Part shown: positions 9,760-19,370 of the stretch, piece by piece
Layout: each line of letters opens with the position of its first letter
How positions within the stretch are numbered: position 1 is the first letter of the stretch
Source of the DNA: Candidatus Nanohaloarchaea archaeon
GTDB lineage: Archaea; Nanohalarchaeota; Nanosalinia; Nanosalinales; Nanosalinaceae
Length of the DNA stretch: 34,590 bases
Direction of reading: 5' to 3'
NCBI GenBank assembly: GCA_014297435.1
Contig: JACOQA010000006.1
Span: 1-34,590, forward strand
Position numbers and translations under genes: made by a program
Notes under the pieces: model-generated
What the model saw: the letters and a program-made list of their open reading frames with translations, nothing else
What the model was told of the DNA's origin: nothing
The model's database searches: none

Positions 9760-9851
9760 TTTAGACCAGAATTAGAGACGCTTTTTTAAATAGGTCATGC
9801 AGTTTTTTTCGAAATATTACTTAAAAATCAAGTCCTAATTCAGAATGTTAA

Positions 9852-10553
9852 ATGTCGAAGACGAACAGAAGAAAAAGAGATACGATTCTTGAACTTTCTA
9901 ACCTGGAAAGCGGATATGATGAAGAACCTAGAGCTGTATCTCGACTTTTTTACAGAATGATGGATGTCAAACCTGTTGAAACGGTAGGTATCGACTTAAA
10001 TGTCCTACTTGACCCAGTAATCGATAGATCCCGGTCTACGGACGTTCCCCTAAACCCAACTCAAAAACAGAAAACTAACGAAATACTCGGAACAGACTAT
10101 GTTGAAGAATACTGGTACGAAGAAGATTCAAGTATAAAGAAGACTACAGGTGCCTTATACACAATAAATACTATCGACAATCTTTCAGAATACTTTGATA
10201 TTTTGTACCCCGACACCTTAGATAAAGCTGTTGAAGGAAGCAAGTTCTCACAAAAAGCGAGCGATGGAGATACGATAGATACTAGGTATAGTATTTTCAA
10301 GGAATTCTTGGAACCGAGAGCGGAACCGCTAGAAGTGGAAAAAGAATTAGAGAGACACGAACTCGAGGACGATGCAATCTATGAAGCGCTCTCAGAACAT
10401 GATAATCCAGTGATAATAACTTACGATTCAGACTTTGTCACAAAAAACAGATACTCAGATGTGCTGGCGTTACCCCCCGAAATGATGGAGAGAATGATAG
10501 AAAACAATCCGGGCAGAACAGGGTTAGCCTTGAAACAGAAATACCTGAGTTAA
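9852..10553 (+). CDS. putative PIN-domain protein
   Basis: VGIDLNVLLD near the N-terminus; EDDAIYEA..VIITYDSDF near the C-terminus (PIN acidic residues). Confidence 0.6.
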   Translation: MSKTNRRKRDTILELSNLESGYDEEPRAVSRLFYRMMDVKPVETVGIDLNVLLDPVIDRSRSTDVPLNPTQKQKTNEILGTDYVEEYWYEEDSSIKKTTGALYTINTIDNLSEYFDILYPDTLDKAVEGSKFSQKASDGDTIDTRYSIFKEFLEPRAEPLEVEKELERHELEDDAIYEALSEHDNPVIITYDSDFVTKNRYSDVLALPPEMMERMIENNPGRTGLALKQKYLS

Positions 10554-12337
10554 CAACGGACCTCAAGCCTGCCTGATTCGTAAGCTCCTAGAATTCTGCC
10601 CGCAAGATCTGAATCTTTCGTAAGTGAAACTTCACCGTTCTTGCCTACTGTGGCTGTAAACAGAAATTCCTCGCCATCATAGACATCAACATCATCACCA
10701 GAGTAATCGGTTCCTACATCGATAATCATCGAGTTTCCTCTCTCTTCCACTGAGAACTGTACACCGCTCTTCAAAGTCTTCTTCTTAGGTTCTACAGTAA
10801 TATCGAGTCCGAGCTCGTCCTCTAGTCGGTCAATATTTTCTCCACCTGAACCGATTACATGAGGTATCTCATCCTCGTCAAGCAATAAACGGATGTGATC
10901 GTCGGAGATAAACTCTATCTCTGGGTCGTCAACCCTACCTCTTAGCTCGTGTTCAAGCTGTTTCTTCGCCAGCTTTTGGGCGCTGGACATCTGCTCCTCG
11001 TCCTCAACCGGTATAACCACGGTTTCTTCCCCGTAGGTGTAGATTTCGTAGACAGGTTCCTTATTTTCGAGTTCAAGAATCTGCACAACCGGTCTCGCCA
11101 AGTCAGCTTCAGTCATGCCCTGAGGGACTTTAACCGTTAGTTCGAGTTTGTATACGTCTGAAACCTCAGCGTTTTCAATATGGACAACTGTGTCACAAAT
11201 CTGAGGGATCATTCCTAGCTCAACTCTTCCGATCAATCTCTGTACTGCGTCAACAGCTTCTCGAGCATGTACAACTCCAAGCATTCCAACACCAGCCATC
11301 CTCATATCTGAATAGACCTCGAAGTCATCAGTCTTCCTTACCTCGTCATAGACCGTGTAGTCCGGTCTTACTAGGAGGAGGAAGTCGCCTGTATTTTCCA
11401 TCGATTCCTCAAGTTCAGCGTACTGTGTGACATCTGGACCAACATCCAGGTCTCGAGGCTTCTCCATTGTTTTCATGACGTTGCCCTGTTCCTCGTAGTA
11501 TTCTGTAAGTGCCTGTGCGAATGTTGACTTTCCGTGACCTGGAGCTCCCGCAATCAAAACACCTTCAGCCTTTTCCCCAAGTCTTTCAAGCAGTTTGTCG
11601 GAGAGGTCATAGTCTTCAAGACCCACATCCGCCACCGGTCTTACGGCGGTAATTTCGGATGCTTCGGAGAAAGGAGGTTTCGCAATCGCGATTCTATAAC
11701 GTCCGATCTGTACAACTGTCGCACCCTCCTTCTCTAGTTCTACTAATCCGTCGTCAGAGAACTCTGCGGTCTCAATAGTTTCTTCTATCAACTTGTTTAT
11801 CTCGTCGCGTTCCATGACTTCGTCTCTAATTTCTTCAAGTCCGAATTCACCGGGAATACCTCTCTTCGCTTTAGGAATACTTCCCTGTTTCAGGTGGACG
11901 GACATAGTTTCATCGTCAAAGAATTCTTTCAGTGAGAAAGTTTCTACAGCTTCTTTCTCGAAAAGCCTGACTTCAATTCCTTTAGCTTCGGCAACTTTGG
12001 ACTGTACAATATCTCCTGTGTAAAGTGTGGCGTCCATTTCTTCTGCGACATCCCTGATTAACGCATCGATTCTTCCTGATTTCGCAAGTTCAATCTCTTC
12101 CATGTTGGGACGTCTTCCGGTAAAGTTTACGTTGAAGCCTTTCTCTTCGCCGATTTCTCTGAGCTTTCTTATTTCCTCGATCCCTATGTGACCTATTTCT
12201 AGTCCTTTGTTGGCCTGGTTCTCGATCTCATCGACAACAAACTCCGGTATAACTACCTCTTCATCTATCTCACCTTCTTCCGCAAGTTTCGACATCTTTC
12301 CGTCTACAAGAACCGAGGTATCAGGAACAATACTCAT
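10550..12337 (-). CDS. PINA: PIN-domain ATPase with KH domain
   Basis: IVPDTSVLVDG PIN, Walker A GAPGHGKST, LLVRPDYTVYDEVR, RVELGMIPQ, KH VIGSGGENI. Start placed at MSIVPDTS. Confidence 0.92.
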   Translation of the reverse strand: MSIVPDTSVLVDGKMSKLAEEGEIDEEVVIPEFVVDEIENQANKGLEIGHIGIEEIRKLREIGEEKGFNVNFTGRRPNMEEIELAKSGRIDALIRDVAEEMDATLYTGDIVQSKVAEAKGIEVRLFEKEAVETFSLKEFFDDETMSVHLKQGSIPKAKRGIPGEFGLEEIRDEVMERDEINKLIEETIETAEFSDDGLVELEKEGATVVQIGRYRIAIAKPPFSEASEITAVRPVADVGLEDYDLSDKLLERLGEKAEGVLIAGAPGHGKSTFAQALTEYYEEQGNVMKTMEKPRDLDVGPDVTQYAELEESMENTGDFLLLVRPDYTVYDEVRKTDDFEVYSDMRMAGVGMLGVVHAREAVDAVQRLIGRVELGMIPQICDTVVHIENAEVSDVYKLELTVKVPQGMTEADLARPVVQILELENKEPVYEIYTYGEETVVIPVEDEEQMSSAQKLAKKQLEHELRGRVDDPEIEFISDDHIRLLLDEDEIPHVIGSGGENIDRLEDELGLDITVEPKKKTLKSGVQFSVEERGNSMIIDVGTDYSGDDVDVYDGEEFLFTATVGKNGEVSLTKDSDLAGRILGAYESGRLEVRC

Positions 12338-12404
12338 CTTATTACAGTTTAAGTTGGAGAACGAAGATTCAAAAGTCTGAAAGAAATAGATGTAAAAGAA
12401 AATT

Positions 12405-13124
12405 CTAAGGTTCGAGGCGTGAACCAAGCATCTTCAATGAGTTCTTGAGGTCTTCACCTAACTCTGACTCAAGACCTTCATCTCTCCAGTCTCCGATTCG
12501 AATCGATACTGTTGGCTGTGATGCTCCGATTTCTTCACCTATCTCTAACTGTGTCTTATCCGAATCCATGTACTCCTGAAAGCCGGTTGTCCATGCGGAG
12601 TTTCCGGTTCCAGCTGTCTGACGGTTGTTTGTTAGTTTCTCGAACATCTGGTCGACAGCTCCATACTTTCCATCAACGAATCCTGGGTGGTCTGGACCTA
12701 CTGATAGTCTTTTTCCACCCGTAATTGTGTGGTTCGATGTTCCATAAGTTTCTGGTGTATTCTGGACTGAGTCGGCAAGGAACTCTACTTCTTCAACTAT
12801 CTTATTCGCATCTTTGGTTAGTTCGCCATCGCTGTACAGTTCTGTTCCTTCAAACTGCTCTAGAGCTTCATCGTTGCCGTTGTATGCGTCGACAAGTGTT
12901 TCAGAGCCAACCTTTGCCACTGTTGAGAGCATGTCGTCCATATATTCGCCGACTGTTGGTTCTCCATAGTCTTCGGATTCTTCTTCGTAGGTTTCTTCGG
13001 TTTGGTTGTTCTGGGGCTTTAGAGGTCTTGTAACCTCTGAGGATCCATCAAAATCTGCAATGGATTCGCTTATTTCCTCCATACGCCTCTGTTGTTTGTT
13101 CAGGTGGTCTTGGTATCGTCCCAT
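12405..13124 (-). CDS. hypothetical protein with C-terminal HTH
   Basis: TQLEIGEEIGASQPTVSIRIGDWRDEGL is an HTH signature. Confidence 0.65.
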   Translation of the reverse strand: MGRYQDHLNKQQRRMEEISESIADFDGSSEVTRPLKPQNNQTEETYEEESEDYGEPTVGEYMDDMLSTVAKVGSETLVDAYNGNDEALEQFEGTELYSDGELTKDANKIVEEVEFLADSVQNTPETYGTSNHTITGGKRLSVGPDHPGFVDGKYGAVDQMFEKLTNNRQTAGTGNSAWTTGFQEYMDSDKTQLEIGEEIGASQPTVSIRIGDWRDEGLESELGEDLKNSLKMLGSRLEP

Positions 13125-13209
13125 AACAGGTTCTTATGTTGTCATCATATAGTGACAATTAAATATGTTGTGCTGAATCCTCTACTTTCAACCCACATGA
13201 AGAAAAAGT

Positions 13210-14238
13210 CTATTCGATCTGTTCAATCGAAAAGCGCTCTCTCAACCGTCTATCCTCGCCCTCAACCAGATCCTCTATACTATCGACAACTCCGTCCACA
13301 CCCATCTGTACTAAATCACTGGTTGGGAGATCGATCTCACCCTCTATGTCTCTTATTGCCAGCCTACGTGAGACCAGATATCCACGATCCTCCATGCTTG
13401 CGTATCTTTTGGACTTCCTTCTCTCCTCCTCAAGCTCTTGTCCGGTGAGATCTTTCAGCCAGTCAACCCGTTCCCTTAATGTATCTGTGTCGGGCTCAAC
13501 GCCGTCCGGAGAATAGATGCCAGAAGTCCTTACATGAACTTTCAGGAATGCTTCAGGAAATGTTCCGAAGAAGTAATCGTCCTTAGAGTAGTCATCAATA
13601 TCTGAGAGTGTTTGAATATCCTCCTTCCAGCCATCAAACTTACTTTTCTCGTATTCTACCACCTTTTCTAAGCTCTCTCCACTCTCAATCCGCCTTGCGA
13701 TATTTTCCTTATGTTCAATAAACTCCGGCAACATCTCATCTACGCCAGAATACTCCGAATAAACATCGTCTATGACTTCAAGATTTCTTTCGATAATCCT
13801 TGTGTCGTTTTCAAGTAGAACCGGATGTTCGTAGCCGAGCGCCAAGGCTCCAAACAGTTCGTTTGCAGCGACTTTCTCGACAGAGGTTTCAGTTTCTTTG
13901 GTATAGGGAATACTGGAAACCAGGTGTCCTGCCGACTCCACTACCTCTGTGATGGGCACCGGATAACTTTCATCAATTAGTTCTTCTGCGCCATCTACCG
14001 GAGTAAATCTCTCTGACATCTCTTCAGCATAGGTTTCTGGATGGCTTAGTTCTGCATTAAAATAAATTCCTTCCGGAAGTTCCCCAATTCCAACCTTTAT
14101 ATCTAAAACCTCGTCTATTTCAATACCCCATTTACTTCTCAGGCATCCTACTGTTTCGAGGTACTTGGCACCTACTTCTCTCTGGACCTCTTCGTCCACA
14201 TTTTCGGAGTATATATCTGCTTTCCAGCCTATCGCCAT
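13210..14238 (-). CDS. hypothetical acidic protein
   Basis: 342-aa ORF, D/E-rich. Confidence 0.7.
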   Translation of the reverse strand: MAIGWKADIYSENVDEEVQREVGAKYLETVGCLRSKWGIEIDEVLDIKVGIGELPEGIYFNAELSHPETYAEEMSERFTPVDGAEELIDESYPVPITEVVESAGHLVSSIPYTKETETSVEKVAANELFGALALGYEHPVLLENDTRIIERNLEVIDDVYSEYSGVDEMLPEFIEHKENIARRIESGESLEKVVEYEKSKFDGWKEDIQTLSDIDDYSKDDYFFGTFPEAFLKVHVRTSGIYSPDGVEPDTDTLRERVDWLKDLTGQELEEERRKSKRYASMEDRGYLVSRRLAIRDIEGEIDLPTSDLVQMGVDGVVDSIEDLVEGEDRRLRERFSIEQIE

Positions 14239-14302
14239 AACAGTCTATCCACATTTAGAATTCAAACTTTAAACATGCTTTTGTTATACTCTGGTGAAAA
14301 CA

Positions 14303-15079
14303 TTAGAGGTTGAGACGATCCAGTCTAACCCCTCCTCTAATAAGTCCTCCCTCGTAGTTGAAACCGTCTTCACCTATTACCCCTCTAAGACCGGCATTCG
14401 ACAGTCGGGACTCAAGCTCGTCTCCATATTCGTGAGATTGAATCTCTTCCAGCCTGTGTCCATCATCAAAGAAGAGGCTTGCCATCTCGTAGAACTCAGC
14501 TTCTGAATCATGTTCACGTTTGAACTTTCCGATTGTCGAAGCTTCGTTTTTCCTGAGATATTTATGAAGGCTTAAATTTTCATCAAGGGCTTCGTTTAGT
14601 ACCTCCACCATCTCCTCGTCCTTGAAATCCTCCAGGATCTCGTTGCAACGTTTCTCTGAACCTAGCTTCTCTATCTTTGAAGCCCAGTTATCGTAGACCA
14701 ATTGTCCTTTGCTGGTTAGTTCATCCCCCTCCATCAAGCCTAGTTCGTTGAGACACCCCTGTTTGTAGTCTATTACAGGGTTGGAGTATTCCTCTAATTC
14801 TGATTCAGCGGAAAGTCTCATTACATCAAGACCGCCGGTGAAAAGTGTCTGGTATAGAGGCTCCATTAACTCGTCTTTGTAGTTCTCTATAGAATCTTCT
14901 TGAGATTCCTCAATAGATTCGTCTTTAGAAGGCTTAGTTTCAGGTGTTTCGGGCACAGAATCGAATTCGAACCCCCCTCTTCTCCTTTTTACCGGTATTG
15001 GTTCGCCTTCGTCATCTTCAGGAAATTTAGAATCTTTTTTCTCCATGTATTCTTCTGCTTGAGGACCTTTTCCAGACAT
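14303..15079 (-). CDS. hypothetical acidic protein, possible winged-helix repeats
   Basis: LNELGLMEGDELTSKGQLVY wing motif. Start placed at MSGKGPQ (the ORF extends to 15118). Confidence 0.6.
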   Translation of the reverse strand: MSGKGPQAEEYMEKKDSKFPEDDEGEPIPVKRRRGGFEFDSVPETPETKPSKDESIEESQEDSIENYKDELMEPLYQTLFTGGLDVMRLSAESELEEYSNPVIDYKQGCLNELGLMEGDELTSKGQLVYDNWASKIEKLGSEKRCNEILEDFKDEEMVEVLNEALDENLSLHKYLRKNEASTIGKFKREHDSEAEFYEMASLFFDDGHRLEEIQSHEYGDELESRLSNAGLRGVIGEDGFNYEGGLIRGGVRLDRLNL

Positions 15080-15204
15080 CAATAACATCCCTACAGAATA
15101 ACAACTATAATATACCATATGATTTAGGACTTTCAGGTGAATATTCGTTTGTCTCCAACACGGCAGGGTTTATAAGGTAAGATCATGAATTCAAACGACA
15201 GAAC

Positions 15205-15254
15205 GTACGACATGTTGTGGGGGAGGGGAACAGGTTCTCCACAACATCTAGTAT
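15205..15254 (+). promoter_or_regulatory. tandem NrdR boxes upstream of nrdR-nrdJ
   Basis: GTACGACATGTTGTGG (15205-15220) and CCACAACATCTAGTAT (15239-15254) match the acaCwAtATaTwGtg consensus. TATA-like TTTATAA at 15169-15175. Confidence 0.75.
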
Positions 15255-15283
15255 GACAATTCACAACAGAGGTAACTATACCG

Positions 15284-15727
15284 GTGCAATGCGCCTACTG
15301 CGACCACGAATCAACCAAAGTAATCGACACACGCGAGACCACAGAAAAGGTCCGCAGAAGAAGAGAATGCAAAGAATGCGGTAGACGCTTCACAACCTAC
15401 GAAACAGCCGAAAAACTCGACATAAAAGTCGAGAAAGGTGACGGAGAAATTGAAGACTTTGACGAAGAAAAAATCCGCTCCGGAGTCTCGAAGGCAGCCG
15501 AAAAAACCTCCGTAACCGAAGACCAAGTTGAAGAAATAATGGAAGAAGTAAAGAAATCGGTTCGAGGCGAACAGAAAGTAAAGTCGAAACGCATCGGAGA
15601 AGAAGTAAAGCAGTCACTCAAGCAGAGAGATGAAGTAGCTTACATGCGGTTTGCCTCTGTATATGACTCGTTTGACGACGCAGAAAGCTTCATGAAAGAA
15701 GCAGAAGCGTTGAAGACCGAAGACTAA
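15284..15727 (+). CDS. nrdR: transcriptional repressor NrdR
   Basis: CxxC..VIDTR..[17 protein letters not shown] zinc ribbon, ATP cone, [10 protein letters not shown]. Confidence 0.97.
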   Translation: MQCAYCDHESTKVIDTRETTEKVRRRRECKECGRRFTTYETAEKLDIKVEKGDGEIEDFDEEKIRSGVSKAAEKTSVTEDQVEEIMEEVKKSVRGEQKVKSKRIGEEVKQSLKQRDEVAYMRFASVYDSFDDAESFMKEAEALKTED

Positions 15728-15791
15728 AGTTTTCAGTTTCACAGACACCTGTTCCATATCACATTATCCTCACAAAAGGTGCATACAATTA

Positions 15792-18707
15792 ATGACTGAA
15801 ACAAAACAGAAGACTTCGTTCAAGCTACCAGTAAAAAGAGTAACAGGCGACACTGTCGAGGAGAGACTCACAGAAAACGCCTATCAGAGAATTCTTCCAT
15901 CCAGATACCTCCTGAAAAACGAGAAGGGAGAGAATATCGAGGAACCGGAAGAACTTTTCGAGAGAGTAGCGAAGAACGTTGCGCAGCCCGATAAAGAATA
16001 CGATGACGTGGATTTCGAGGAGAGCTGGCAGGAGTTCTTCGACCTGATGAGTAATCTGGCGTTCATGCCTAACAGTCCTACACTGATGAACGCAGGAGCA
16101 GACCTCCAGCAGCTTTCCGCATGCTTCGTAGTCCACCCGGAAGACGACATGGACTCAATCTTCTCGAAAGTTCACGACGCAGCCAAGATCTTCCAGTCAG
16201 GAGGAGGCATGGGTTACCCGTTCCACCTCATGAGACCAAAAGGAGACATCGTCTCAAGTACTGGAGGAGTCAGCTCCGGTCCTATGAGCTTCCAGCAGGT
16301 GTTCGACACCATGTGCGGAACGATCAAGCAGGGCGGAAAACGTAGAGGAGCCCAGATGGGAATCATGAAAGTCGACCACCCTGACATCCTCAGATTTGTA
16401 ACAGCTAAGAGAAAGGAAGGAAACCTTTCGAACTTCAACATCTCCGTAGGAATCACAGAGGAGTTCATGGAAGCTGTCAAGAACGACGAGGAGTACACAC
16501 TAGTCAATCCAAGAACTGAAGAGCCTTACAGGGTAAAGGAGATGACAGCCGAGTTCTACAACTCGGACGAAGAATGGTACCCTGAAGCAGCAGGTTCAGA
16601 CCAAGGTAAAGACGACAACTTCTGGAGAGACTTCGCCTCCACTTTCGGAGAAGAAGTACAGCAGTACGATATTGACCTAGAAGTCGGTGACAAGATGACA
16701 CTTCCCGCAAGATTTATCTGGGAAACCTTGATTGACGGCGCATGGAGAAACGGAGAGCCAGGACTCTTCATGTACGACGAAGCCAACGACATGCACTCCT
16801 TCGATACAGACAAGCATCCTGAGCACACAATCGAGGCCACAAACCCTTGTGGAGAACAACCTCTTGAAAACTATGAGGCATGCAACCTCGGACACATCAA
16901 CCTTTCCGTACTTGTGGACGACAAAGGAGAGGGAGAAGCTCTTACATTTGCGGAGTGGAAGCAGAGAAACGGCGACAAGTACGATCTCTCGACACAGGAA
17001 GGACTTAACCAGGCTATGCAGGACTACATCCCTGAAGCCATGGACATGGAACGTTTCGAGTACACCGCAAAAACGGGAATGAGGTTCCTCGATAACGTTG
17101 TAACCATGTCAGACTTCCCATTAGAAGAGATCGAGGACACAGTTACGGACTTGAGAAAGGTTGGACTTGGTTTGATGGGCTTCGCACAGATGCTTGTCCA
17201 GCTAGGAGTCCGTTACGGTTCTGACGAGTCTGTTGCCGCAGCCAAGGAAATCCAGAGATTGATCACACGTTACTCGATCGAAGAATCCAACAGACTTGCG
17301 GATGTAAGAGGAGAGTTCCCTGAATGGGAGAAATCCAAGTGGGCGAATCCAACAGAACATGAGGAATGGTTCAGAGATTACACAGGAGGACTCGATCCTG
17401 AAGACTTCGAGGACGGACTTAAGATGAGAAACCACAACACAACCACGATCGCACCTACCGGAACAACTTCCATGATCGGGAACACTTCCGGAGGATGTGA
17501 GCCGATCTACAGCTTGGCTTACTTCAAGAACGTTGCGAAGGACATCCAGGGAGAGGACATGCTCGTAGAGTTCGACGACTACTTCATCCGTGCCTTGGAA
17601 GCCAACAATGTAGATGTAGAAAAGGTCAAAGAAGCTGCGCAGGAGAAGATGGAGAACAACGAATGGGAAGGCGTAGAAAGTATTCCTGACGAAGTTCTTC
17701 CTGCACACGTTAAAGAGATCTTTGCGACCGCTGACCAGGTCACACCTGAGGAACACATCGATATCCAGGCAGCGTTCCAGGAACACAACCACTCAGGAAT
17801 CTCGAAGACCTGCAACTTCCCTAACGAAGCCTCGAAGGACGATGTAAGAGAGGCTTACATGCGTGCTTATGACAAAGGTGTCAAAGGCATGACAGTCTAC
17901 AGGGACGGAACAAGAGACACACAGGTCATGCAGACCAACAAAGAAAACACGTTGACCGATATGGACAAGGTCGACATGCTCTCAGAGATCGTCGAAGAGT
18001 TCGGAGGAGCCAAAGAACTTCTCGAATCCAACGAGTTCGAAGAAGTAGTCAGTCAGACAGGTCTCCAGATCCAGGACGAAGACACTGAAGATCTTTCACA
18101 GGAAGTTACGCAGGAAGGTGTAGAAGCTGAATCAAGCGAGGAAGGCGGCCACACCTCGATGGGATCAAACGAGAAGGTCAAGGAAAGGCCTAAGATCGCG
18201 ACAGGTACCACTCAAGAAATTGAGACTGCTTACGGCGACCTGTTTGTGACTATCAACAACTCGAAGACCAACGGACCGATCGAAGTATTCGCAAGGGTTG
18301 GCAAAGGCGGAGGCTACACACAGTCCTTCACCGAAGCACTTGGAAGAACAATCAGCCTTTCACTTAGATCCGGTGCCGACGCGGAAGAAGTCATCAAGCA
18401 GCTGGACGATATCCGTTCGCCGCAGATTTCCTGGGACCAGGGAGAGCAGATTCACTCCGTGCCTGACGCTATTGCGGAAGCGATGAAACGTCACGTCCAA
18501 GGACATGGAGGGTCGCAGCAGACAGTTGACTCGTTCGATGAAGAAACAGAGTCGAAGACCCAGACCAAGACCGAGCAAGAAGAGAAAGCTGACGCCGCAA
18601 AAATTGTCCAGGACGGCGGAAACCCTGAATGCCCGGAATGCGGAGGCATGCTTGTCCTGCAGGAAGGCTGCAACAAGTGCCCTGATTGTGGGTACTCGAA
18701 ATGTTGA
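15792..18707 (+). CDS. nrdJ: adenosylcobalamin-dependent (class II) ribonucleotide reductase with TSCPD domain and Zn ribbon
   Basis: [60 protein letters not shown]; C-terminal [15 protein letters not shown]. No intein seen. Confidence 0.96.
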   Translation: MTETKQKTSFKLPVKRVTGDTVEERLTENAYQRILPSRYLLKNEKGENIEEPEELFERVAKNVAQPDKEYDDVDFEESWQEFFDLMSNLAFMPNSPTLMNAGADLQQLSACFVVHPEDDMDSIFSKVHDAAKIFQSGGGMGYPFHLMRPKGDIVSSTGGVSSGPMSFQQVFDTMCGTIKQGGKRRGAQMGIMKVDHPDILRFVTAKRKEGNLSNFNISVGITEEFMEAVKNDEEYTLVNPRTEEPYRVKEMTAEFYNSDEEWYPEAAGSDQGKDDNFWRDFASTFGEEVQQYDIDLEVGDKMTLPARFIWETLIDGAWRNGEPGLFMYDEANDMHSFDTDKHPEHTIEATNPCGEQPLENYEACNLGHINLSVLVDDKGEGEALTFAEWKQRNGDKYDLSTQEGLNQAMQDYIPEAMDMERFEYTAKTGMRFLDNVVTMSDFPLEEIEDTVTDLRKVGLGLMGFAQMLVQLGVRYGSDESVAAAKEIQRLITRYSIEESNRLADVRGEFPEWEKSKWANPTEHEEWFRDYTGGLDPEDFEDGLKMRNHNTTTIAPTGTTSMIGNTSGGCEPIYSLAYFKNVAKDIQGEDMLVEFDDYFIRALEANNVDVEKVKEAAQEKMENNEWEGVESIPDEVLPAHVKEIFATADQVTPEEHIDIQAAFQEHNHSGISKTCNFPNEASKDDVREAYMRAYDKGVKGMTVYRDGTRDTQVMQTNKENTLTDMDKVDMLSEIVEEFGGAKELLESNEFEEVVSQTGLQIQDEDTEDLSQEVTQEGVEAESSEEGGHTSMGSNEKVKERPKIATGTTQEIETAYGDLFVTINNSKTNGPIEVFARVGKGGGYTQSFTEALGRTISLSLRSGADAEEVIKQLDDIRSPQISWDQGEQIHSVPDAIAEAMKRHVQGHGGSQQTVDSFDEETESKTQTKTEQEEKADAAKIVQDGGNPECPECGGMLVLQEGCNKCPDCGYSKC

Positions 18708-18711
18708 ATAA

Positions 18712-18741
18712 GGGGTCAACACCCCATTTCTATTATTTTTT
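18712..18741 (+). terminator. hairpin plus T-tract after nrdJ
   Basis: GGGGT-CAAC-ACCCC followed by ATTTCTATTATTTTTT. Confidence 0.6.
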
Positions 18742-18743
18742 AA

Positions 18744-19370
18744 TTAAGAAACAAGAGAACTGAAGAGATTAACAATTTCGTCATTTCTTAACAAAGATTC
18801 TAAACCTTCATCTACATTAGAGTATTGTTCATTAATACCTGAAACACTCTCTAAACTACCTTTCCATAGTACCGTAGTAAAGAACCCTTTCCTATGGCCT
18901 TTCCTATCTAAAAGATAGTTTTCATTAATAATTAAATGTTGGTTCTCGTTGACTACATCACCAATTTTTATCTCCACCTTTGAACCCTTATGCCTTTGTT
19001 CTATGCGATTCTTGATTGAGTTGTTAAATTCCATTAAACTAGTTTTGTGATCAGAAACGGATTCTTCTAGATTAACGTCTGTATCAGCCATCAAAATTAT
19101 CTTTTCAACTCTATTCATTAGGGTCGGCACAAAATGCGGTACTACTTTTTTCAAGTTAGATTTTCCCCCTTCTGCTTTCACTAGCACTTCAACATCAGGA
19201 TTTCCAACAAGATCCCTTATTTTGTCAGATTGTTGATTTTTAAGCCTACTGTGTTTTAAACATTGGCCATCGAAAGTCTGAGGAGTTGAAATTGTATTGA
19301 CTTTCTCACATAGTTTCTCAAAGAACTTCAATTCATTTTTGCCTTCACAAAATATCATGATTCCCATCAT
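18744..19370 (-). CDS. TOPRIM-fold protein (OLD/DUF3226/AriB-like), partner of the ABC ATPase
   Basis: IFCEGKNE, AEGGKSN, ILMADTD, GSLE. ATGA overlap with the ATPase gene; AT-rich. Confidence 0.7.
   Translation of the reverse strand: MMGIMIFCEGKNELKFFEKLCEKVNTISTPQTFDGQCLKHSRLKNQQSDKIRDLVGNPDVEVLVKAEGGKSNLKKVVPHFVPTLMNRVEKIILMADTDVNLEESVSDHKTSLMEFNNSIKNRIEQRHKGSKVEIKIGDVVNENQHLIINENYLLDRKGHRKGFFTTVLWKGSLESVSGINEQYSNVDEGLESLLRNDEIVNLFSSLVS

Noticed and set aside
12338-12427. N-terminal extension of PINA in the ORF track
   Set aside because: The PIN domain begins at MSIVPDTS; the extension is AT-rich intergenic sequence overlapping the upstream gene.
15792-18707. Possible intein in NrdJ
   Set aside because: Catalytic motifs are contiguous, with no C..HN junction or LAGLIDADG motif; the length is explained by the TSCPD and Zn-ribbon domains.
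15311-18722. Many antisense and alternate-frame ORFs over nrdR/nrdJ (e.g. 17202..17792)
   Set aside because: Shadow ORFs of strongly biased coding sequence, with no motifs.
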